A stretch of 64,000 nucleotides of DNA from the NCBI GenBank assembly GCA_951406725.2, contig OX597828.1:36208001-36272000 (forward strand), given 5' to 3'. The notes beneath the pieces were generated by a model. The model saw nothing but the letters and a program-made list of their open reading frames with translations, did no database searches and was not told the origin of the DNA. Position numbers and translations under genes: made by a program. Positions 53,441 through 64,000 of the stretch are shown here, in pieces. Origin of the DNA: Octopus vulgaris (lineage: Eukaryota). The stretch's first letter is position 1. The number at the start of each line of letters is the position of its first letter.

Positions 53441-55609
53441 TAAATGGGTAAAAACAAAAAGGAAAACAAAGGATTAATTACACATACGCACACACACACA
53501 CACGCGCGCGCGCATACATACAAGAACAAAACATACAGACACAGACATGCAAAAACACATGTAAACACAAAGAATATAAACACACAAATGCACACACACA
53601 CACACGCACACACACAATACACACAAACATATACAAGCATGCAACACATGCATACACAAATAGATTTTCAAATAAAAAAACACATGAAATGCATACACAC
53701 ACACACACACACACACACATCTAAAACCCAGACGCTTGCAACAGGATTAAGAAAGACTTAAGAACAATAAAATGAAGAAGAAAAAAACCCATTAAGAACT
53801 AAAAAAAAACAACAAAAAGTATTAACAAAAAAAAATGCGTATGCATGAATGAGTGCATGTGTGTGTGTGTGTGTGTGTGTGTGAGTGCTTGTTAGTGCAT
53901 CAGTGAACATGTGAGTGTGTATGTACGTGTGAATGTGAATGCATGAGTGGATGCGTGTAACCTGTTGGGAACTGTGTTTGAAACACTGCAGTGTTTATAT
54001 TGGAAAGTGTTGTCTGTCTGTCTGTCTTATTGTAGAGTAATTACTTGATACAATAGCATTGATTACATAACAAACAAGTAAAAAAAAAACAATATCAAAT
54101 GTTTCCAGAAAAATCTGTTCGAAAGAGAAAGAGAGAGGGGTGGGAGGGGGTGGGACGGGCAGGGAGACAGGGGGAAAAGACAGAATAAAGACAACAGAAA
54201 GCATAGAAATGAGCAGTAGTGGTGATGGTGGTGGTGGAAATATTAATGATGATGACAATTATTATTAATCGTTATTATTATTAATAAGATGGTGAGCTGG
54301 CAGAATCGTTAGCATGCTGGGGAAAATGCTCAACAGCATTTCGTTCACCTTTATGTTCCGAGTTCAAATTCCACAGACATCAGCTTTGCCTTTCGTCCTT
54401 TAGGGGATCGATAAAATAAGTACCAGTTGAGCCCTGGGGTCAATGTCTTAGCTCCCTCTCCTGAACTTGCTGGCCTTGTGCCAAAATTTGAAAGCAATTA
54501 TTACAAAAGAAAAAGGTTCTGGTTCTATTAAATACTGAGTTCAAATCCTGCCAAAGCTGACTTGGCTTTCATCCCTTCTGGAGTCAATGAAATAAAGCCT
54601 TAATCAAATAGTTGGAGAAGATAGGGGTGACAATGGTACCAACTAACACCACTCCCTTCAAAGTTGCTGGCCTTGCACCAAAATTTAAAATCATGGTATG
54701 GTGACCAATTGGTAGACTCATTAGGGATGTTGGACATATCTTTTGGCTCTGCATGTTCTGAGAGTTCAAATCCCAGTGAGGTCAACTCTGTTGTCCTTTT
54801 AGTCTTCTAGAAATAACAACCAAATCTCCATCAAATTACACTCTACTGTCTTAAAAAAAGCAAGAACATCATTGAGGGGAGGGGTAACTGAGTTACATCA
54901 ACCCTAATCCAAAAGGATCGAAAACAAAGTTGACCTCAGTGGTGTTTGAACTCAGGATGCATAAAGGTAGAATAAATACCAGTAAGAATTTTGTCCCAAC
55001 ATTTTAATAACATTCTGGCAGCTCAAATTCAAATAAAGATTCCTGTTGTCAGCCACAAGAGCAGTGATAATATAGCAGTTAGTCCACAGGACCCCTTAAG
55101 GAACATGGAGCTAGCTGATTACAGAGTTTCTCTGGTGTGTAGCTATTCCTCCTTCGATGGGATGCCAGTCTATTGCAGGATTAATCATTTTTGCCATCTG
55201 AATCAGCTGAAGCAATGTAAAATGAAGTGTCTTGCTCAAGAACACAATGCAGTGCCCAGTCCAGGAATTGAAACCACAATCTTACAATCATGAGTCCAAC
55301 ACCCTAACCACTAAGCCATGCACCTCCACATCAATGTGAAATGAAGTGTTTTGCTCAAGAACACAATGCATTGACCAGCCCAGGAATTGAAACCAAAATC
55401 TTGCAATCATAAATCCAACACACTAAGCCATGTGCTTCCACAATGATAATATAATATTACCAGATTTCCCACCATACAAGCCAACACTGTATACAGTGTA
55501 AACATGTAATGCTAACATTCAAACATCACCAATATCTGCCCAACTCTTGCTGCATCTCACATAGAATTTTTGGTCCTCCAAAGTTGTTTTGGTGTATAAG
55601 TCAACCTCT

Positions 55610-56009
55610 TACTCTCTCTTTTACTTGTTTCAGTCATTTTGATTGTGGCCATGCTGGAGCACCGCCTTTAGTCGAGCAAATCAACCCCAGGACTTATTCT
55701 TTGTAAGCCTAGTACTTATTCTATTGGTCTCTTTTGCCGAACCACTAAGTTACAGGGACGTAAACACACTAGCATCGGTTGTCAAGCGATGTTGGGGGGA
55801 CAAACACAGACACACAAACACACACATATATATATACATATATACGACAGGCTTCTTTCAGTTTCCATCTACCAAATCCACTCACAAGGCTTTGGTCGGC
55901 CCGAGGCAATAGTAGAAGACACTTGCCCAAGATGCCACGCAGTAGGACTGAACCCGGAACCATGTGGTTCGTAAGCAAGCTACTAACCACACAGCCACTC
56001 CTATGCCTA
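55610..56009 (-). mobile_element. Family A SINE, full length
   Basis: Reverse complement of the family A consensus. Confidence 0.9.
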
Positions 56010-56797
56010 TGTTTTTTTTTTTTTTTTTTGAGGGCAGGGACTTTGGTCAGCAAAAATTAGAATTGTATGCCAGAACATACTGCATTTACAATGTTAGTAA
56101 AACACACATACACACACACAAAAGAGAAAGTCCTTAAGTATGAAGGTTACATTGAATACTGAATTATATCTCGAAACAAAAACAATAATAATGGTTCCAA
56201 ATTTTGATACAGTAATTTGGTGGGGAAGGGTAAGTCAATTATGTCAACTCTGGAGCTCAATGGATACTTATTTTATTGACCCCAAAAGGTAAAGTGAGCC
56301 TCAGCGGAATTTGAACTCAGAGCATACAGAGAGACAAAATGTTGCTTAGCACTTTGTCCAGCATGCTAACGATTCTGCCAGCTCGGTGCCTAAACAATAA
56401 AAATAATTTGGATGAGATGGTCATGGATGGAATGGATTTGATCAAAGACATGATCAGTCAGTTCTGACTAGGATTAAAACAAACAAACAAACATGTGGAG
56501 GTACAAAATGAGAAAGACAATCCAAGAAATGGGTCACCATTAAGAATGATGAATTGGAAAATTGTATGAAGAAGGTAGCTGTGTGAAAAAGCCATTGACT
56601 GTAATCTATGTTATATAGAGCCATAAACATTGATTGCTATCAATAACAGCATCTGAATGAATCATCGGAGAATGTCATTAGGAGAAGTAAATGGAGACAA
56701 TTGAAGAAGAAACAAAGACGGAAAGAAAGGAAGAAAAGAAAGGGGAAAAAAACAACACAGAAATGGAAACTTGTGTTAGTATGTATATGTATGTATG

Positions 56798-56827
<30 letters not shown>

Positions 56828-56828
<1 letters not shown>

Positions 56829-57740
56829 CATCATCATCATCATCATCATCATTTAGCGTCCGTTTTCCATGCTAGCATGGGTTGGACGGTTCAACTGGGG
56901 TCTGGGGAGCCCGAAGGCTGCACCAGGCCAGTCAGATCTGGCAGTGTTTCTACAGCTGGATGCCCTTCCTAACGCCAACCACTCCGAGAGTGTAGTGGGT
57001 GATTTTATGTGCCACCGACACAGGTGCCAGACGAGGCTGGCGAACGGCCACGCTCGGATGGTGTTTTTATGTGCCACCGACACAGGTGCCAGACGAGGCT
57101 GGCAGACGGCCACGCTCGGATGGTGTTTTTATGTGCCACCGACACAGGTGCCAGACGAGGCTGGCAGACGGCCACGCTCGGATGGTGTTTTTATGTGCCA
57201 CCGACACAGGTGCCAGATGAGGCTGGCAGACGGCCACGATCGGATGGTGTTTGTTACGTCCCCAAAGCACGGAGGCCAGTCTATGCGGTACTGGCTACGG
57301 CCACGTTCGGATGATTTTCTTGTGTGCCACCGGCACTGGTACCACAAAGATACAAATTCCATTTATGTTCATCTATTTTGATTTGATTTGATTTGATTTT
57401 CACTTGCCTCAACAGGTCTTCACAAGTGTCACAAGAAGGAAGGTATGCACAGGTGGACTGTCTACGTCGCCGGGTCTTCGGATGGTGTCTTTATGTGCCA
57501 CCGACACAGGTGCCAGATGTGGCTGGCGAACGGCCACGATCGGATGGTTTTCTTGTGTGCCACCGGTACTGGAACCACAAAGATACAAATTCCATTGATG
57601 TTCATCTATTTTGATTTGGTTTGATTTTGATTTTGATTTTTTGATTTTCACTTGCCTCAACAGGTCTTCACAAGTGTCACGCGTGTCACACACTTGCCTC
57701 AACAGGTCTCCACAAGTGTCACACACTTGCCTCTGCCTCA
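56828..57740 (-). mobile_element. Family C element with 4 x 62-bp internal tandem repeat and further internal duplications
   Basis: ATGTGCCACC at 57007, 57069, 57131 and 57193; a 57300-57430-like block is repeated at 57530-57680. Confidence 0.8.
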
Positions 57741-58602
57741 ACATATATATATATATATATATATCATATATATGTATATATGTGTGTGTGTGTATATCAT
57801 CATCATCATCATCGTTTAACGTCCGTTCTCCATGCTAGCATATATATATGCATGCATATATATGTATATATATATGTATGCATATATATATATATATGCA
57901 TATATATGTTATATAAATGTATATATATATATATGTATGTATTATATATGTATGTATGTATACATATGTGTGTGTATATATGTGTGTGTGTATATATATG
58001 TTTATTTGTAGATGTGTATATGTATGTACCTGTATATGTGTATGTGTTTGCGTGTGCACATATTAGTTAGACACTTCTAATAACGGTAGGTCTACAAAAT
58101 ACAATCTCTGGTTGATTACTTCAAATACAATAAGCAAAGTGCTTCTTTTTACATGTGAAATTGCATGATTATTCCTTAATCACAGTATTACAGGAGTTGT
58201 TAATGAGTCGTGTGCGTAATATAGATACGTATAAATATATATGAACCGATACAAAAGCAAACACATGTTCATACTTATAAGTATATACTTACATAGACAA
58301 ACACACCCATACATACACCCAAATACATATATACATAATATACCTATATACACACACATATGCATACACCTGTATGCACCCAAACACACATACACATATA
58401 TATATATATTTATAGATAGATACACAGACACAAACATATACCCACACAAAATACACATTTTAAAAATGGATTCCCTGTTAACACACTTATATTTTGTCTG
58501 TATTTTAACAGTGCTATCTTCAACGAAGCAGACTAACTCCACCTTAAAAGATATTTGATGCAGCTTTTCTTTGATCACAATTATCTTGTGTCTAACACTG
58601 TG

Positions 58603-58637
<35 letters not shown>

Positions 58638-58823
58638 TAAAACACACACATACATGCAAGCATGCAGACACACACACACACATATGCAAGCATGCAGACA
58701 CACACACACAAAATAAATAACAGCTGAGAAAGTTAGGGTTGTTTGACTTAAGTTTCACTGTTGCAGTTTCTTCGTGAATAACACCCTTTTAAAATATGTG
58801 GTTACATGTAAATGTGTGTGTGT

Positions 58824-58874
<51 letters not shown>

Positions 58875-59319
58875 CATAAATAGGTACAAGTGCATTACTC
58901 TTGAAGAAACAGCATGATTGAAACTCAAGTCAAATAACTCAAAATTAACTTGAATTAGCCGTTATTTATTGTGTTGTGCTGTGATAACTCCTACAAGTAC
59001 ATCGAATATAATATAAACTTGGCTACTTACGAGTAAATTATTACAAAGAAACTATTATTTGTGTCTGGTGTAGCTGTTTGAATCATAATGTTTACAATAA
59101 TCATGTTTACAATAATCATGTTTACATAAAAACTGGCACTCTACATATTGGCTTTCTGGGGTAGACTCTGAGGCTTACAGGTTTGTGATTTCATGTTGAA
59201 GGTTTTATTAAAGGTAAAGTTACCTTTAGTTGTTATTCACCTATTAACTGCCAAATTCTTTTTATTCATATTTTTTGGCTTTGCCAGGCATCTTGGTAGT
59301 TAAAATAATATATAGCCTT

Positions 59320-59703
59320 TTACTCTCTCTTTTACTTGTTTCAGTCATTTGACTGTGGCCATGCTGGAGCACCGCCTTTAGTCGAGCAAATCGACCCCAG
59401 GACTTATTCTTTGAAAGCCTAGTACTTATTCTATTACCACTAAGTTACGGGGACGTAAACACACCAGCATCGGTTGTCAAGCGATGTTGGGGGGACAAAC
59501 ACAGACACACAAACATATACACACACATACATATATACGATGGGCTTCTTTCAGTTTCCGTCTACCAAATCCACTCACAAGGCTTTGGTCAACCCAAGGC
59601 TATAGTAGAAGACACTTGCCCAAGGTGCCATGCAGTGGGACTGATCCCGGAACCATGTGGTTGGTAAGCAAGCTACTTACCACACAGCCACTCCTGCGCC
59701 TAT
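59320..59703 (-). mobile_element. Family A tRNA-derived SINE, near full length, directly downstream of the U6 copy
   Basis: Head ATAGGCGCAGGAGTGGCTGTGTGG, B-box-like GGATCAGTCCC, tail GAAACAAGTAAAAGAG. Confidence 0.9.
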
Positions 59704-59704
59704 T

Positions 59705-59811
59705 AAAAATATGGAACGCTTCGCGGATTTGCATGTCATCCTTGCGCAGAGGCCATGCTAAACTTCTCTGTACCATTCCAATTTTAGAATATGTACCGCC
59801 ATAGCTAGTAT
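59705..59811 (-). pseudogene. U6: Full-length U6 snRNA pseudogene
   Basis: Minus strand ATACTAGCTATGGCGGTACATATTCTAAAATTGGAATGGTACAGAGAAGTTTAGCATGGCCTCTGCGCAAGGATGACATGCAAATCCGCGAAGCGTTCCATATTTTT. ACAGAGA box and AGC triad kept; multiple substitutions including CpG decay; no clear upstream TATA box. Confidence 0.93.
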
Positions 59812-60234
59812 TTAAATTTTCTTCACATGTGAATTAGTTTGGAAATTATGATAAATTTTTCAAAAAGTCCCAAATGGGAATCGCTGAAAAAAAGCATATT
59901 TTTCCTTTTCTATTTAATTGCAATAATAAACATTTTAGTTTTTTTTTTTTAATTATAGTATCAAATGCAAATGTGTATGAAATATCAATGAATGATATAA
60001 TAGATGGGAAATGCAAAAAAAAAAAAAAACGTTTCCAAATTTTCAGCCAGAGCTCATAACGACAAACTTTAACTCCTAAATATTGTTAAACACACATCTG
60101 CAAATGCAATGTACTTAAGCAATTCATTTTAAATATTACGAACAACCGGCAGTGAGACTGTTTTTTAGCAGATCCCCAAATGGGGCTCAATGGCAGGCAA
60201 TGGGTTAAAGGTAATTAAAGGTAAATGTAAAGGT

Positions 60235-60497
60235 AGTTGTTATTAAAGATAAAGGTAAAGGTTACCTTCTTGAGTCTTGCCGACTCATAAGGGCCGGTTT
60301 CCCAGTTTTCATGGCATATAAATTCCCCACCTGGATGAGATGCTGGTCCATTGCTCATTTTTGCCAGCTGAGTGGACTGAAGCAACGTGAAATGAAGTGT
60401 TTTGCTCAAGAACATAATGCGTCGACCAGCCTAGGAATTGAAACCACAATCTTACGATCATAAGACCAACACCCTAACCACTAAGCCACATGCCTCC
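60235..60497 (-). mobile_element. CORE-type tRNA-derived SINE (family E) with (CCTTTA)-like tail; related fragments at 55080-55440
   Basis: Minus strand: head TGGCTTAGTGGTTAGGGTGTTGG, GGTTTCAATTCC, core GTTCTTGAGCAAAACACTTCATTTCAC. Confidence 0.7.
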
Positions 60498-61933
60498 ACT
60501 CATCTGGTGGTGGGATCCTGGTTCAAGAGTTCCAGAGTTTTGAGGAGTGCGGAACCACCTCTTAGCCACTATTGCCCAGCGTAATAGCACCTGTCAGCAT
60601 CTCAGTTATGGGTCAATTAACATATTAAGGCTTGCTTACTTATGCAGGTGAAAACTGGATCCAGCAGATTCTGCAGAAGATAACCTTAATGGTTTAATGG
60701 AGGGATAGGCAACTGCAGTGATGCATTATGGAGTGCAGAGAGCAAGATGAAGTAAGGCATCTTGGTCATTCACTGCATCTGTCACCATCTGCAGTTGTCT
60801 TGACCTTGCCTTGCCACTGGATTGAAGATGATCATCACGGGCTAGAGAGTGACAGGCTAGAGAGTGTGCAACTCTATTTTAAACGAAAGGATGACTAAAT
60901 GGTCCTCATCACTCCAACAGACGAATGTAATGGTACATTAGTTCTGTTTCATGAGTTTCTTTTTTAATTGTATAATCGCTCACTCTTGTAAGCAAGGTGA
61001 ACTTGGTTCATGTAATATCTGTGCAGTTTATGTAGTTTTTCTTGGTGCTGCATTTGCTGCACCTGTGTGGGTCATGAACTGTATGGTGACCCCAAAAGAG
61101 CAGATGGCATGAAAAAAAAATACACCCAGCACACACTGTAAAGTGATCGGCATTAGGAAGGGTGTGCGGCCGTAAACACCATGTCAAAGCAGAGACTGGG
61201 GCTCAGTGTAGTCCATGGATACTTTGGTTTCTGTTAAACCATCCAACCAATGCTAGCATTGAACACGAATGCTAAATGATGATGATGTATCTCAAATTTT
61301 AAAATATGTGCACCATAATCCAGCTAAAAGGGGTCGTAATACATTTGAAAACAGTAGAAACCAAAGAAAACTCGGGACGTTCTGTGTCAAAACAAAAAAA
61401 TGAATAAAATAATAATACAAATAATGATTCAAACAGAGAATTAAATTTTGAGCTGTGAAGAAGAGAAATCTAACATCCCAGGCAGAGTGCTCTACTGAGT
61501 AAAGAAAGAAAAAATATCAACTTTTCTTTCAAAGAGTTCTTCCCAAAAACACACAGCTTAAAAATTTATTCCACTGTTTGAATTCTGTGTAAATATGTTG
61601 ATTTAATGAGTTGCAAACACTGTTTGTGCCAGTTTTTAAAAAAACAAAAACTTTGTAGTGTATGCCTTTTCTTCTCTTTTTTTCTTCTTTCTTTTTTCAG
61701 GCTGTTATGTCTTAAATACCAAGTTGGGTTCCACATCCTGTTAGTCACATGAAAGACAAAATTCATCCCCATTTCCATCCTGCCATCATCTAGTCCATAC
61801 AGAAACATAAGCTTAATAATTTTGTTTTTTTCAAGTAATAAGCCCTTAAAGAAATATATTAAATTATATTTGGTGGCTGTTGTTGTTTAACCCCTCAGCT
61901 GTTATTTCTAGCTGGCTGAATGACCATGTAGAG

Positions 61934-62199
61934 CAGTAGTTCTCAATTAGAGTCCATATAAGACTTTTGGGGATCCATGGAACAAAATAGTAAATTGGAG
62001 ACCCACAAAAGTATTTTAAGGGTCTCTGAAAAAATTTTGTTTCTCTAACATTTTACATAGTTCAACCAACACAAATTAATGTGTGGAAAATAAAATAGGA
62101 ATTTTAAAAGAATTTTTAAATATCGAATGGCTTTGGGGTTCCACCAGAATAAAATAGTAATCAAAGGGGTTCATAGATAAAAAAGGGTTGAGAAACCTG
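61934..62199. mobile_element. Degenerate hAT (Charlie-like) MITE
   Basis: CAGTAGTTCTCAA..TTGAGAAACCTG termini; GTAGAG-containing flanks on both sides. Confidence 0.55.
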
Positions 62200-62475
62200 A
62201 GTAGAGAATCCTTTTTTTGGCTCACTGTTTTGGAAGGCAAAGAGAAATATAGTTTATTGACCAACCTTAACCCTGAACATAACTATCAGGGTTCCACAGT
62301 AGGGGTCTCAATCCCTCCCTCTAACGCCACCTCCAAGTTTCAGAGCGGGTGATAGACCGGAAATAAAGAGAAAGTTACAAGAGAAGAAAGCAACACAAAT
62401 ACTGCAATATAGTTAGTCTGGTTGTCTGCTGTTTTAATTATCTATACTACTCTTAATAATAATAATAATAATACT

Positions 62476-63270
62476 CCTTTCTACTGTAGGCACAAAGCCT
62501 GACATTTTGGGAAAGGGGGCACTAATCAATTACATCAGCCCAAGTGCTCAACTGGTACCTATTTAACTGATGCCGAATGGAGAAATGGTGAAGTTAATTT
62601 TGAGAGAATGTGAACCTAGTACGCACAGACAAAATGTCACAAAGTATTTTATCTGTTATGTTAATGAGTCAGCCAGTTCACCACCTCCTTAATAATAATG
62701 ATCCTTTCTACTGGAAACACAAGGCCTTAAATTTGAGGGAAGGGATTAAATCAATTACATCGACCCCAGTATGTAACTGGTACTTGTTTAATCGACCCTC
62801 CCAAAAGGATGAAAGGCAAAGTCAACCCCAGCAGAATTTGAACTCTGAACGTGAAGACAAACAAAATACCACCAAGCATTTTGCCCGATATGCTAATGAT
62901 TCTGCCAGCTCACTGCCTTGTAGTAGTAATAATAATAATGATGATGATGATGATTCCAAATTCTGGCACATGGCCAGCAATTTCGGGGAAGTGAGTAAGT
63001 TGACTATATTGACTGTAGCGTATTTCATTAGTACTCTATTTTACCATCCTCAGAGGGGTAGCAGACAAAGTTGAACTTAGCAGGATTTGAATTCAGAGCT
63101 AAAATTATTGATTCTGACTTTGGTACAATGCCAACAATTTTCGGAAGGTGGGAGCTAGTCAATTCTATCCCAGTATTAATTTTGGAGGGATTTGAACTCA
63201 GAATGTAAAGGATCAGAACAAATACTGCAAGACAATTTTTTCTAACGCTCTAACAAGTGTTCCAGCTTAA
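62476..63270 (-). mobile_element. Cluster of family B SINEs/fragments
   Basis: Same motifs, separated by (AAT)n/(GAT)n. Confidence 0.7.
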
Positions 63271-63280
63271 TACAAATAAT

Positions 63281-63645
63281 AACAAGAGCACTCAGAGAGC
63301 GCAAACCTCTGCCAAGGCAACACCAACATCCTCTCAACAATAAGCCAGAGATGATTTTTTAAATGAGAATATCTGAAATAAACTTGACTGCTCTCTTAAA
63401 CAAGAATATTAAAGATGAACCCGACCACTCTCAAAAATTAAGTAAAAACAGAGGGAAAGTAATCCAGAATTCTTGTCCGGTACCAGATCAATCCCAAAAT
63501 CTAATCGGTTCATGCCAGCCACAACGCCAAACATCCCTGAAAGTTTCATCTGAATCCATCCAGCAGTTCTTGAGATATCTTGCCCATGGACAAACAAACA
63601 AACACGACTGAAAACAATACCTCCACCTTCGCTGAGGCAGAGATA
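63281..63645 (+). mobile_element. HINE-like element, third copy
   Basis: Collinear with 36280-36655. Confidence 0.65.
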
Positions 63646-63654
63646 ATAATGATG

Positions 63655-63690
<36 letters not shown>

Positions 63691-64000
63691 TTAACAATAA
63701 TAATAATAATCATAATAATTTTGACACAAGACCAGCAATTTTAGGGGAGGAAGCAAGTCAGTTACACCAACCCCCAATGCACCACTGGTACTTATTTAAT
63801 CAACCCCAAAAGGATGAAAGGCTAAGTTAACCAAGGCAGAATTTGAACTTAGAAAGTAAAGAGCCAGAAAAGAAATGCTGCTAAGCATTTTATCCAACAT
63901 GCCAACCATTCTGCCATAACAAAGTTATTTTCAGTGAATACTACATTCATTCAGTTATAAAATGAGAAACATATTTAACCCAGTAATTGCTATAAAGTTA

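Noticed and set aside
59705-59811. Functional U6 gene
   Set aside because: Many substitutions in conserved regions, 5' G lost, disrupted 5' tetraloop, and no evident TATA/PSE upstream.

Overview
Repeat-dense, AT-rich eukaryotic non-coding DNA with no intact protein-coding gene. The SINE families and microsatellite load resemble an octopus/cephalopod genome (inference). Almost all listed ORFs are translations of microsatellites or SINEs. The window holds several tRNA-derived SINE families, piggyBac- and hAT-type MITEs, Helitron/Helentron-type elements, decayed RTE-LINE and Tc1/mariner fragments, and a U6 snRNA pseudogene abutting a SINE. The standout is a 2.6-kb array (8315-10918) of near-identical 360-bp units. 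Each unit carries a variant type I hammerhead-like ribozyme, suggesting a retrozyme/circRNA monomer. The array forms two divergent arms (about 2.7 and 4.5 units) joined within the ribozyme sequence and inserted into the (TA)n tract of one SINE. This fits rolling-circle reverse transcription primed from both target strands. RNA structures were read by eye, not computed.
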